DNA of 57,442 bases, filler included, from Candidatus Woesearchaeota archaeon (GTDB taxonomy: Archaea; Nanobdellota; Nanobdellia; Woesearchaeales; GCA-2685855), in the NCBI GenBank assembly GCA_002685855.1. It is 4 parts of 4 records of this genome, joined end to end, with 100 filler letters (N's around TTAATTAATTAA, not from the genome) between each part and the next. Parts side by side here need not be neighbours in the genome. Positions count along the whole stretch, not along the records: positions 1 to 18,199 come from NYYS01000054.1; positions 18,300 to 28,910 come from NYYS01000055.1; 2 more parts are not named here. One strand, written 5' to 3'. The notes beneath the pieces are model-generated. The model saw nothing but the letters and a program-made list of their open reading frames with translations. It was not told where the DNA came from and did no database searches. The translations under genes and the position numbers were made by a program. Position 1 is the first letter of the stretch. Each line of letters opens with the position of its first letter. Positions 10,000-18,960 of the stretch are shown here, in pieces.

Positions 10000-10541
10000 A
10001 AATGATGCAAAAAGAGGGTATTGAGTGGGTGCGGAAAAGGATGTATCCTTTGTATAAACCCTTTATTGAATATTTTCACCGTCGCAAGGTTCATCCACAT
10101 CAGCTTACTGCTTTTTCACTTCTTTTTGGCATTCTTGCATTTGTAATGCTGTTTGAAAATATGGTTTTATTTGTTTTTTTTGGTTTGATTCATCTTTTTT
10201 TTGATGGTCTTGATGGAGCTTATGCCCGAAAGACAGGAAAGGTTACGGTTGAGGGCGAACTTTTTGATAAGGGAACGGATTTTTTTATTACTATTCTTCT
10301 TGTTTCAAAAACAATTTTTTTCTATTCTTCACCGATTTATTTAATTGGGTTTGGTATTTATATCCTTGAAAACATCATCTTTTTTGGATCTATGCTTGAA
10401 TCTCCTGTTCTCTCGTTTAGAACAATGACCATTTTTCTATTAGCTCTTCATATGTATAGTTTTTTACTTCTGCTTTTAGGTATTGTGGGAACTTTTGGAC
10501 TTGTCTATCAGATTCAATATTATTTGGGGGGTAAAAAATGA
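9996..10541 (+). CDS. CDP-alcohol phosphatidyltransferase (PgsA/PI synthase-like)
   Basis: PHQLT, DGLDGAYAR...GELFDKGTD motif. Confidence 0.85.
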   Translation: MKMMQKEGIEWVRKRMYPLYKPFIEYFHRRKVHPHQLTAFSLLFGILAFVMLFENMVLFVFFGLIHLFFDGLDGAYARKTGKVTVEGELFDKGTDFFITILLVSKTIFFYSSPIYLIGFGIYILENIIFFGSMLESPVLSFRTMTIFLLALHMYSFLLLLLGIVGTFGLVYQIQYYLGGKK

Positions 10542-11089
10542 ATATGTTGATGTGGATTCTTGTGAGTTTCTATTTTTTTCTTCCTGGCGGCATTGCAAAT
10601 ATGGCACCTGTTTTGACAAGGAAGCTTACGTTTCTTGACTGGATGAAAAAACCCATTGATGGCGGGAGAATGTGGAGAGGAAAACCTTTGCTTGGAGCCA
10701 ATAAGACCTGGAAAGGTGTGGTAATGGGTGCAGTGTTTGGGATGATTGTTGGGATTATTCAGTTTTTCTTGCAGAATAGTGTAGGTTGGATGCAGCTTTT
10801 TCCTTATACACTTGGTGAGGCAATGCTTATTGGCTTTCTTCTGGGTTTAGGTGCGCTTGTTGGAGACTTTGTAGAAAGCTTCTTTAAACGACGAACAAGT
10901 AGGAAACCTGGGGCGCCCTGGTTTCCGTTTGATCAGTTAGACCTTGTGATTGGGGGAATGGTCTTTGTTTCTATATATCTTGTTCCGCCTTGGCAGGTTT
11001 GGGTGAGTTTACTCGTTTGTATGCCTATTGTTCATTTTCTGTTTAATGTGTTGGGTTTTGGATTGGGGTTACAAAAGGAGTGGTGGTAG
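10538..11089 (+). CDS. carS: CDP-archaeol synthase
   Basis: ANMAPV, PIDGG, LGANKTWKG, GDFVESFFKRR, PGAPWFPFDQLD. Confidence 0.9.
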   Translation: MNMLMWILVSFYFFLPGGIANMAPVLTRKLTFLDWMKKPIDGGRMWRGKPLLGANKTWKGVVMGAVFGMIVGIIQFFLQNSVGWMQLFPYTLGEAMLIGFLLGLGALVGDFVESFFKRRTSRKPGAPWFPFDQLDLVIGGMVFVSIYLVPPWQVWVSLLVCMPIVHFLFNVLGFGLGLQKEWW

Positions 11090-11093
11090 AGAT

Positions 11094-11498
11094 ATGCATG
11101 GTGTTTTTCATTTCTTTATTGGTTTGATTGTGGGTTTAATCTTGTATGGGCTTGGGGTGTTGAATTTAGGGTTGTTTCTTATATTTGTGATGTATAGTTT
11201 TCTGATCGATATAGATCATCTCTTCTTTTTTGTTTGGAAGAAGGGGCTTAATTTTCAGGAGTGGATTTGGCTGCATAAGAGCTTATATCGAAGAAAGGAG
11301 GCGCAGCCATATCTTTTTCATACTATTGAATGGCAGGTTGTATTGATTGTTTTAAGTTTCTTAGGGGAGGTATTTTTTGTGTTGTTTTTGAGTGGTCTTC
11401 TTCATGTTTTTCTGGATGCTCTTGTGCATTATCTGTACCACAGAAATTTTCATTGGCTGAGAAGGTGGAGTTGGATTTGTGTTATAATGGATAAATGA
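11094..11498 (+). CDS. Membrane-bound metal-dependent hydrolase (YdjM-like)
   Basis: ATG at 11094 right after the carS stop; HxxFH, DIDH, FHT, LHVFLD. Confidence 0.7.
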   Translation: MHGVFHFFIGLIVGLILYGLGVLNLGLFLIFVMYSFLIDIDHLFFFVWKKGLNFQEWIWLHKSLYRRKEAQPYLFHTIEWQVVLIVLSFLGEVFFVLFLSGLLHVFLDALVHYLYHRNFHWLRRWSWICVIMDK

Positions 11499-11525
11499 AT
11501 CTTTTTTCTAAAAGGGATTAGAATT

Positions 11526-12689
11526 CTATTTGACTATTGATTTATAGGCCTGTATGTATGTTGCAGCACTCCAGGAGAAGTCGGGTTCTGATGTGTAGAA
11601 GAGCTTGTGTAGGGGTTTTCCTTGCGGTGTGTATACTTCGTGGGTGGTTTGGTGTTGAGTGATTATTTTAGCGACGTTGTTCAAGAGTGTTTTGGCTTCT
11701 ATTGTTTTTTTGTGTTTTGCGAGTACTTCAATGGAGAGGTTTGTGTGCCAGAGCCAACACATCCCGTTATGATAGGATTGCATGTTGATAAAGTAGAAGG
11801 GCAGGAAGATCTGTTTCCATGTATAGGGGGGGATGATGTTTTTGAGGAGGTTTGATGTTATGGGAATCCCTTTTTTTTTATTTTTTGTTGTTTGGTGTTG
11901 AATTTTATTAAGGATTTTTTGTGTTTGTTCTTTGTTTGCTAGGTGAGTGAGGATTGCCAGGAGGTTGGATTCCAGACAGAAGTTTGTATGAAGGGTTTTT
12001 TTGTATTTCCAGTCGTTAAAGTGGCCTTTTGTGTTCCAGAGTTGGTTGTTGATGTTTTTTTTTAGGTCTTCTGCTTTTTTCTTGAGGGTGATAGATTGTT
12101 CTTTGTGTGTTATTTGGGCGTAGAGGGTTATTGCCTGATAGTAGAGGGTGTTTGAATAGAGTGTTGTGCCTTTCTTCTTTATGCTGTCGGCCCAGTCCGT
12201 ATAATTGTTTTGATAGAGGAGGTTATTTGTTTCGTGATTTTCGAGGAAGGAGAGTGTGGCATCGAGTTTTTTTTTGTGGATTCTGAAAAAGGAGTTGTTT
12301 TTTGTCTTTAGAATGTATGTGGAGAAAATTGTGAGGAAGAGTATTGTGCTATCTAAGGCAGGATGGGATCCTTTGTCGTTGGTGTATACTGCGTTTAGTT
12401 TTCCTCTTGATGGGATGTTGAGAAATTTTAGTAGTTGGTTTCCTCTTCCTATTCGCAGGGGGATTTGGCCGTCTTTTTTTTGAAATCGAATAAAGAGGAG
12501 AAGGAGGCTTTTTATTTCATTGTATTGTTTGAGTTTGAAAAGTGCAAAACAGGAAAAGAATGTGTCTCTTGCCCAGGAGTCTGTGAAATGTCTAGATCCT
12601 GCAAAGAGGCCTTCCCTGGTTAGGTTTTTGTTAAGGACGTGTGTGCAGATTTTAAATGCTTGGTGTTCAATCTTCATCTCTTTTTTCAT
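11526..12689 (-). CDS. Six-hairpin glycosidase (amylo-alpha-1,6-glucosidase/GH15-like)
   Basis: AGSRHFTDSWARD, FQKKDGQIP, DWADS, YHNGMCWLW, FSWSAA. Confidence 0.75.
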   Translation of the reverse strand: MKKEMKIEHQAFKICTHVLNKNLTREGLFAGSRHFTDSWARDTFFSCFALFKLKQYNEIKSLLLLFIRFQKKDGQIPLRIGRGNQLLKFLNIPSRGKLNAVYTNDKGSHPALDSTILFLTIFSTYILKTKNNSFFRIHKKKLDATLSFLENHETNNLLYQNNYTDWADSIKKKGTTLYSNTLYYQAITLYAQITHKEQSITLKKKAEDLKKNINNQLWNTKGHFNDWKYKKTLHTNFCLESNLLAILTHLANKEQTQKILNKIQHQTTKNKKKGIPITSNLLKNIIPPYTWKQIFLPFYFINMQSYHNGMCWLWHTNLSIEVLAKHKKTIEAKTLLNNVAKIITQHQTTHEVYTPQGKPLHKLFYTSEPDFSWSAATYIQAYKSIVK

Positions 12690-13677
12690 GGTGTGTTGAA
12701 ATCTCTTTTTTTGTTATACCGAGGAGGAGGAAGATGCCAAAGCCAATTGCTGACCAGATAAGATCACGGGTTCGAACAAGGAAGCTTAGTGCTATTCCGA
12801 CTGAGGCAGGAATTTTAAGGAGTGCAAATGCTCCAATCTGGCTTGCTTCCAATGATCCGAGTGCCATGGGCAGGGGCAGGATATAGGCTATTCCTATAAA
12901 TGAAAAGACGAGAAAAACCCATAGAAGGGGGATGTTATATCCAAGCATGAGAATGGCTACTTTGTATTCGAGAAACATGAATAGCCAGCTTAGAAAGCTG
13001 AAGAGGATTGCAAAGAGGAAGTGTTTTTTGTCTTCTTTATAGAATTTTATAATGAGGTTTTCGAATTCTATGAGGTTTTCTTCGAAGGATTGGAGTTGTT
13101 TAATTTTTTGCAAATGGAAGATGCGAAAGATACGATAAAAAAAGTGTTTTCCTCTAAGCATGCGGCTAAAAAAGAAGAAAATTGTGAATGCTATCAGAGA
13201 GGAAGTGATAATTGCAAGGATTTTCATGTTTTCGGGAAGGGCAACGTTCACTACAAGCACACCTATTCCTGTAATGAAGAATATACCATTAGTTGTGAGT
13301 TCTACTGTTTTGTCAATAACTACTCCTGAGAATGCCTGGTGAAAGGAAAGGCCTTTTCTTTTTAGGAGAGCGGCTCGCACGGGTTCTCCGCCGAGTTTAG
13401 CTGCAGGGGTAACATAGCTGATTGCGTAACCAACAAGGCGGTATTGGAAGAGTGAAAGGAAATCAATATAGTGTTTCTGACTTCTTAGTATTATCTGCCA
13501 TCGGGCTGTGAGTAAGACCATGATGCTGATTGAGACGAGAATATAGGTGATGAGAAGTCCGGAGGAAACGTGACTAAAGCGAAGGATTATTTCATTTAAT
13601 GAGATTTTTGAAAGGATGTAGGTAAGGATGAGTGCACCTAAGAGGAGTGTTGCGAGTGTAAGATAGTTTTTTTTCAT
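12667..13677 (-). CDS. Lysylphosphatidylglycerol synthase TM domain/flippase-like membrane protein (UPF0104)
   Basis: RWQIIL, YVTPAAKLGGEPVRA, LPMALGSLE, multiple TM segments. Confidence 0.85.
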   Translation of the reverse strand: MKKNYLTLATLLLGALILTYILSKISLNEIILRFSHVSSGLLITYILVSISIMVLLTARWQIILRSQKHYIDFLSLFQYRLVGYAISYVTPAAKLGGEPVRAALLKRKGLSFHQAFSGVVIDKTVELTTNGIFFITGIGVLVVNVALPENMKILAIITSSLIAFTIFFFFSRMLRGKHFFYRIFRIFHLQKIKQLQSFEENLIEFENLIIKFYKEDKKHFLFAILFSFLSWLFMFLEYKVAILMLGYNIPLLWVFLVFSFIGIAYILPLPMALGSLEASQIGAFALLKIPASVGIALSFLVRTRDLIWSAIGFGIFLLLGITKKEISTHHEKRDED

Positions 13678-13735
13678 CTCGTCTTCATGTGAGGAGTTTA
13701 TTTATAACTATTTTGGATTTACAGAATGGAAAATA

Positions 13736-13990
13736 CGAGCCTGGGGGGACTTTCACACAACTTTTTCATTAAAATGCGACTCGGCGGGTTCGAGCTTGTC
13801 TCGTACCCTCCATTTTTGCCGCGACTTTTTGAAAAAGTCGCTTTTGAACCCCCGACCTACAGCTTAGGAGGCTGTTGCCCTATCTATCCAAACCAAAACC
13901 TCTCAGGGGGACTAAGCGACATAGTCACGCATGTCGCCCACTTTTCCCGAGGCTTTTTTGAAAAAGGCTCCCAGACTAGGCTACAGGCTC
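13736..13990 (-). tRNA. tRNA-Arg(CCT) with two introns: exons 13990-13971, 13883-13843, 13749-13736; introns 13970-13884 (87 nt, 19/20) and 13842-13750 (93 nt, 59/60)
   Basis: Spliced 75-nt product GAGCCTGTAGCCTAGTCTGG|ATAGGGCAACAGCCTCCTAAGCTGTAGGTCGGGGGTTCAAA|TCCCCCCAGGCTCG folds as a full cloverleaf; both junctions form relaxed BHB motifs. Confidence 0.9.
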
Positions 13991-14011
13991 GTAGAAGTGA
14001 AAATCCATTAA

Positions 14012-14019
14012 TATTTAAA
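14012..14019 (-). promoter_or_regulatory. Archaeal TATA box for tRNA-Arg (region shared with divergent truD)
   Basis: TTTAAATA on the minus strand 22-29 nt upstream of tRNA G1. Confidence 0.65.
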
Positions 14020-14041
14020 TGGTTTACTGCTTTCTAACAGA

Positions 14042-15070
14042 ATGGTTGTAATTAAAGCAAAGCCCGAAGACTTTTTGGTGAGAGAGGTTGCTGAGCTCGA
14101 TCTCTCTGGCGGAAGTCATAGTGTGTATGAACTGAAAAAGAAGGGTATGACTACAGATCAGGCTCTTTTTGGTGTGAGAAAGGCGTGGCGGGTTAAGAGG
14201 ATAGGGTATGCCGGGCTGAAAGACCGGCAGGCAGTCACCTGGCAGCATATTTCTATTTTGAATGGCAGGAAGGCTGATTTGAAGGGGGATGGTTTTTCTC
14301 TTCGCTATCTTGGAAAATCTCCACAGGGGATTGTACTTGGTGGTCTTATAGGGAATGGGTTTGAGATTGTTGTTCGTGATATTGATCCGAGCAGGGTTGA
14401 TCAAGTTGAGGATGTGGAACAGATTCCCAATTATTTTGATGAGCAACGATTTTCTGAAAGGAATGTAGAGGTTGGGAGATTGTTGGTTGCAAAAGAGTTT
14501 GCTAAGGCTGCTGCTTTGCTTGCAGAGGGGACAGGAAGAGAGGAGTTAGGGGTACTACGGTTTTTGGAGGCTGAGCCGGGCAATGCTATTGGAGCGTTGC
14601 GTACTTTGGATCAGAAGTTGTTATTATTGTTTGTTCATTCTTTTCAGAGTTTGTTGTTTAATGAATGTCTGGGGCGACTGATTCGTTCAAAGAGTTCGCG
14701 GTTTTTTCTTGTTCCTTATTCAGAAGGAGAGTTTGTATTTCCTGAGGATTCTCTTTCGATAGGAGATATTCCTCTCCCGGGTTTTTCGGTGTCGTATTCT
14801 GGAGAGGAAGGAGATATGATGAAGAGGGTGATGTCTGAACAGGGTGTTCAGGAAAGGGATTTTATTTTGAAATCTCTTGCAGGATTGAGTTGTGAGGGAA
14901 GTTTCCGTTCGGGATTTGTTGATGTGAAGGATCTTTCGTTTGGTTGGGATGAGGATGAGATGAATAATGGAAGAAAGAAGTGTTTGATAAGGTTCAATTT
15001 AGGGTCGGGGAGTTATGGGACGATCGTGGTAAAGGCGTTGTTCAGGAAAGTGCTTCAAGACAGGCAGTGA
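14042..15070 (+). CDS. truD: tRNA pseudouridine(13) synthase TruD/Pus7
   Basis: PEDFLVRE, GYAGLKDRQAVTWQ, GNGFEIVVR, PNYFDEQRF, FNLGSGSYGT. Confidence 0.92.
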   Translation: MVVIKAKPEDFLVREVAELDLSGGSHSVYELKKKGMTTDQALFGVRKAWRVKRIGYAGLKDRQAVTWQHISILNGRKADLKGDGFSLRYLGKSPQGIVLGGLIGNGFEIVVRDIDPSRVDQVEDVEQIPNYFDEQRFSERNVEVGRLLVAKEFAKAAALLAEGTGREELGVLRFLEAEPGNAIGALRTLDQKLLLLFVHSFQSLLFNECLGRLIRSKSSRFFLVPYSEGEFVFPEDSLSIGDIPLPGFSVSYSGEEGDMMKRVMSEQGVQERDFILKSLAGLSCEGSFRSGFVDVKDLSFGWDEDEMNNGRKKCLIRFNLGSGSYGTIVVKALFRKVLQDRQ

Positions 15071-15668
15071 AGACTTCTTCGACTGATTTTGATCCGTCTA
15101 TTTTTTTCAGAATTCCTTTTTCTTTATAGAAGGTGAGGAGGGGTTCTGTTTGTTCATGATAAATGTTGAGTCGTTTTTTTACTGCTTCTTCTTTGTCGTC
15201 ATCTCTTTGTATAAGTTGTCCGTTGCAGGCATCACAGATTCCTTCTTTTTTTGGAATGAGTGTGAGAGTATTGAATATTGTGCCACAGGCGCTGCATGTG
15301 CGCCGGCTGCTTATTCTTTTTATTGATACTTCTTCGGGCACATCTAAGAGTAATGCTGTATCAAGCTGAACGTTTGAGTCGAGGTATTCTGCCTGGGCCA
15401 TGTTACGCGGATATCCATCAAGAATGTAGCCGTTTGCGCAATCATCTCTTGAGAGGCGGTCTTTCATAAGTTCATTTGTGATGTGGTCAGGGATGAGATT
15501 CCCCTGGTTGATAATGGATTCTGCTTTTTTTCCGAGTTCTGTCTGGTTTTTGATGTTTTCGCGGAAGATGTCTCCTGTTGAAATATGAATTATGTTGAAT
15601 TTTTTTGCTAACCTTGATGCCATTGTTCCTTTTCCGCTTGCTTGTGGTCCAAAAATTAAGAGTTTCAT
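15042..15668 (-). CDS. adk: Adenylate kinase, bacterial-type with zinc lid
   Basis: Start MKLLIFGPQASGKGT at 15668 (ATGA overlap with upstream stop); HISTGDIFR, LDGYPR, CxxC..CxxC lid, QRDDD. Confidence 0.93.
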   Translation of the reverse strand: MKLLIFGPQASGKGTMASRLAKKFNIIHISTGDIFRENIKNQTELGKKAESIINQGNLIPDHITNELMKDRLSRDDCANGYILDGYPRNMAQAEYLDSNVQLDTALLLDVPEEVSIKRISSRRTCSACGTIFNTLTLIPKKEGICDACNGQLIQRDDDKEEAVKKRLNIYHEQTEPLLTFYKEKGILKKIDGSKSVEEVFTACLEALS

Positions 15669-16120
15669 CCTAAATACCCTAACACTTCTTCTGGTCGTGC
15701 AATTTGCTTCCAGTATTCTTTTTGTTTTATGATGATTTTGAGCAGTTGTTCTTTGAGAGGGATCCATTCTTCAAGAATCTTCTGCAAAAACTGTTCTTGC
15801 GCATTCAGACTATTGGTAAGAAGGAGCTGTTCAGTATGTCGAATGAGAAACATAAGTTGTTTATAATTTGTATATGTTTGTTTTTTCTCTTCTTCTGAGA
15901 AGTTTTCGATTTCGAACATGGTTGAGAGGTTTGAGTCTGGGTGAAGGAGATCTTCCAGATGTTTTGCATGGCTGTCCAGGCAGTCATGGATGGTCTTGAT
16001 AATTGATTTGAGAGGGTTTGATCCTTCTTCAATTAGCACAATATCAAATTCCTGATCTAGTGCCTCGTACTCAGGGAGTTTATGGGCTTTTAATAGTGTT
16101 TCATATGCTGATTTTTCCAT
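15665..16120 (-). CDS. Hypothetical protein, translationally coupled to adk
   Basis: 151-aa helical ORF with TATA-like TTTTTAAA upstream; ATGA overlap with adk. Confidence 0.75.
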   Translation of the reverse strand: MEKSAYETLLKAHKLPEYEALDQEFDIVLIEEGSNPLKSIIKTIHDCLDSHAKHLEDLLHPDSNLSTMFEIENFSEEEKKQTYTNYKQLMFLIRHTEQLLLTNSLNAQEQFLQKILEEWIPLKEQLLKIIIKQKEYWKQIARPEEVLGYLG

Positions 16121-16222
16121 TTAGGCTGAAGTTCTGTTCTTTTTAAAAAGGTTGTGATGGCGCCTTCACAAGGATATGGCGATGACAGTAATGCTTAAAT
16201 ATCTCCGAATCCTCCTTCTGTT

Positions 16223-17443
16223 ATGGGACTGATCTATTCATTTTCAAGGATACTCAATGGAGTGGATGTTGGGGATGTAGGTCAACGGGCCAAGGATCTT
16301 GCTTTTCTATCTGCTAAGGGCTTTCGTATCCCGTTAAGCTTTGTGCTTGGAAAAGACGCCTATGAGCGGTTTATGAAAAAGAATAAACTACAAGAGAAGA
16401 TCGACCAGGTTCTATCAAAACAGGCTACGTTTGACAAGGAACGAGCAGAAGAGGTTTCTCGGAAGATCGGGCGCCTTTTCTTGGAAGCTCAATTTGATCA
16501 GAAATTTGAAGAGGAACTTGAAGATGCCTATGAATCTCTCGGGTTTGAGCTGGAACAGCTTTCAATCGGGGATAATGAGCCAAAGGTAAATCTGTTAGCG
16601 AGTCCTATCTATTGTATGCACAGGATTTGCTGTAGAGAAGTTGTGTTTGATGTTGGGGGTTTTCGTTATTTGCTTGAATCATTAAAAGAGGTTTGGGCAT
16701 CTCTCTATTCACGAGATGCTATTCTTTATCGACAAAAGAGAAGTTTGAATGTGCCTCCTTCGATTGCTGTTATTGTTCAGACAAGTCTTCCTTTTGAGAA
16801 TTCAGGAGTCATTATGTCCAGCAAAGATCCTTCGCGAATTGAAGGAGAGATCTCTGAAGGAATGTGGAAAGAAGGTAAGGGAAAGGCGTTTAAGGTTGAA
16901 GAGAGCGGAATTGTTGTTGAACAGGGCGAGGTTGATACGAGCAAGATTGGATATAACCATTCTTTATTAGAGGTGTCAAAACTTACGAGACGGACGCGTA
17001 AAGTTTTGAATCAGGATATTCGTCTTCTTTTCTCGACCAGCAAGAAGGGTGCTACGCTTCTTTGTGTTGAACGAAAAGAGATCCCTAAAAAGGCTGTGGA
17101 GGCTCCTAAAGCTAAGGAAGAAGTCGTGAAGGAGTTCATTTCAATGCAAAGTGGGAAGGAAGAACCTCCAACCGCTGCTGTTACCCAGCTTCATCAGTCG
17201 TTAGCAGTGAGTATTGTCCAATCATGGGCTCTGATTGCAGAGGTTTTGCAAAAGAAATATAAATACCAAAGATTTGAAGAGCATATGAAGGCATTAGAAA
17301 ACGGAAAACACCCCTATTCTCAGGAAGCACGCCGTATTGCCCTTCTTGCAAAAAGAATAACCGAAGGAAGTGGCGCAGGGGTGGATGAAGCCTTTTTTGC
17401 AGTGCGGAACTCTTTACGGTTTTATGAGGCTAATAAAAGATGA
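16223..17443 (+). CDS. PEP synthase/PPDK N-terminal nucleotide-binding domain protein (divergent, stand-alone)
   Basis: VGQRAKDLA, GFRIPLSFV, LKEVWASLYSRDAILYR, IAVIVQ; no phospho-His swivel or PEP-binding domain. Confidence 0.7.
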   Translation: MGLIYSFSRILNGVDVGDVGQRAKDLAFLSAKGFRIPLSFVLGKDAYERFMKKNKLQEKIDQVLSKQATFDKERAEEVSRKIGRLFLEAQFDQKFEEELEDAYESLGFELEQLSIGDNEPKVNLLASPIYCMHRICCREVVFDVGGFRYLLESLKEVWASLYSRDAILYRQKRSLNVPPSIAVIVQTSLPFENSGVIMSSKDPSRIEGEISEGMWKEGKGKAFKVEESGIVVEQGEVDTSKIGYNHSLLEVSKLTRRTRKVLNQDIRLLFSTSKKGATLLCVERKEIPKKAVEAPKAKEEVVKEFISMQSGKEEPPTAAVTQLHQSLAVSIVQSWALIAEVLQKKYKYQRFEEHMKALENGKHPYSQEARRIALLAKRITEGSGAGVDEAFFAVRNSLRFYEANKR

Positions 17444-17940
17444 ATTTGTTCAAAAAGGATCCCAAAATTCTTACGATTGAGGTGAATGACCAGAAGATTA
17501 ATGAGGATTTGTGTCATCTTATTGTGAAGCTGGAGAAAAATATTTCTGAGTTACAGAATCTTTTTGGTGGAAGTGATGTAGCATCAAAAAATGAAAAATT
17601 GAGTGAAATTCTGAATATGATCCTTCAGTTGAAGCAGGATGTTACTGTTTTGAAAGGAGATGTGAACAACATTATTGATATTGAGCTTCAGGAAAAGGAG
17701 TATATTCTTATCAAGGATGATACCTTTCTCAAAGATAAGGTGGGCCAGCTTGAAATTGTCGAGGGACTTATTCAGAAGATTCAGGGAGTACTTTCTGACC
17801 ATCCTTCGATGGATGCTCTTAAGGCGGGGCTGTTAGAAGAGATAGTTGAACTTTTAAATCAGGTTATTGATTCTCTGAATAAGATTAGAGGGGATGATAC
17901 CTCCCTCCAAAAGATTTATACGTCTCTGAGGAATGTGTGA
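17440..17940 (+). CDS. Hypothetical coiled-coil protein
   Basis: ATGA overlap with upstream gene; heptad-rich sequence. Confidence 0.7.
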   Translation: MNLFKKDPKILTIEVNDQKINEDLCHLIVKLEKNISELQNLFGGSDVASKNEKLSEILNMILQLKQDVTVLKGDVNNIIDIELQEKEYILIKDDTFLKDKVGQLEIVEGLIQKIQGVLSDHPSMDALKAGLLEEIVELLNQVIDSLNKIRGDDTSLQKIYTSLRNV

Positions 17941-18049
17941 GTTTTTCCTGTAAATTCTTCTTTTCTTCGTGACGAATACTCCTTTTTTTCTCCAATACAT
18001 TTAAAAATAAACAGGGATTTTTGCCATAATACCGTGATGGGGTGATAGT

Positions 18050-18199
18050 ATGTTAGAATATGTATTTGGAGCAGGAATTTTAGGACTACTTTTTGCACTG
18101 TTTACTGGATTCTGGGTTGTAAAACAGTCTACAGGAAATGATCGGATGAGAGAGATTGCACAGCACATTCGTGAAGGTGCAATGGCATATCTCAAAAGA
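18050..18199 (+). CDS. hppA: Membrane-bound Na+/H+-translocating pyrophosphatase, N-terminal fragment (cut by gap)
   Basis: TM helix then [31 protein letters not shown] upstream. Confidence 0.85.
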
Positions 18200-18299
18200 N
18201 NNNNNNNNNNNNNNNNNNNNNNNNNNNNNNNNNNNNNNNNNNNTTAATTAATTAANNNNNNNNNNNNNNNNNNNNNNNNNNNNNNNNNNNNNNNNNNNN
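18200..18299. other. Assembly spacer with artificial linker
   Basis: N-run containing TTAATTAATTAA (18244-18255), stops in all frames. Confidence 0.97.
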
Positions 18300-18928
18300 A
18301 TACGATGATCGCACATTATATTTTAAACCCAAGTGGACGTAACCATAGTTTAGATGATATGGCTAAAGCATACTTTAATTATACTATGGTTCCTATTTCA
18401 GATTTAATTGGTAAAGGTAAAAATCAGATTACAATGGATTTAGTTGATATAGAAAAAGCATCATTTTATCCAGGAACCTTTCCTAAAACACTCCATGGGT
18501 CTACCAGCCAAAAAAATGTGCTCTTTATAGGAACAAAAAACAACCTCGGATATGACATCACATTTGATAAACTCTATGGAAAAAACTTTCCTTTTCCCTC
18601 TTCAGAACATGAAAACGATTGTGGAATCAAGGGAGGAGCCGATGTAAAAGCTTGGTTTGTTGGTGACGGAATAATCGGACTAAGAACGAAGGACAACAAA
18701 ATAGATTATAATGATGAAGATTTTGATGTTGAAAAAATTGCCTGGGGGGACACAGGTCAAGAAGAAGTCATGATTGAAAATGGACAAATATTCCTTATAG
18801 GTGTTCATTGTATGGAAATGGAGTCCTTCTCGGGATCTCGAATAAAACAAGATATTCCAATGAAATTCACTTCAGAAAACGGTCTTGAACAAAACGTAAT
18901 CTTCAGCCTACGCGGTAAAGTAACCTAA
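18300..18928 (+). other. Chimeric ORF: bacterial DNA polymerase I 3'-5' exonuclease fragment (~18300-18460) fused to the C-terminal part of a pilin paralog
   Basis: TMIAHYILNPSGRNHSLDDMA..LIGKGKNQITMD resembles PolA; remainder aligns with 18961-19527 (KNNLG, KQDI, SENGL). Confidence 0.75.
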
Positions 18929-18931
18929 ATA

Positions 18932-18939
18932 TTTATAAA
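18932..18939 (+). promoter_or_regulatory. TATA box, leaderless pilin gene
   Basis: TTTATAAA 22-29 nt upstream of ATG 18961. Confidence 0.65.
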
Positions 18940-18960
18940 TAGAATTGATTAAATAAACCT

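Noticed and set aside
13726..14037. 103-aa ORF on + strand
   Set aside because: Antisense to the intron-containing tRNA-Arg
18244..18255. TTAATTAATTAA repeated three times inside N-runs
   Set aside because: Artificial contig linker; ORFs containing X end there artificially, and adjacency across gaps is not evidence of linkage
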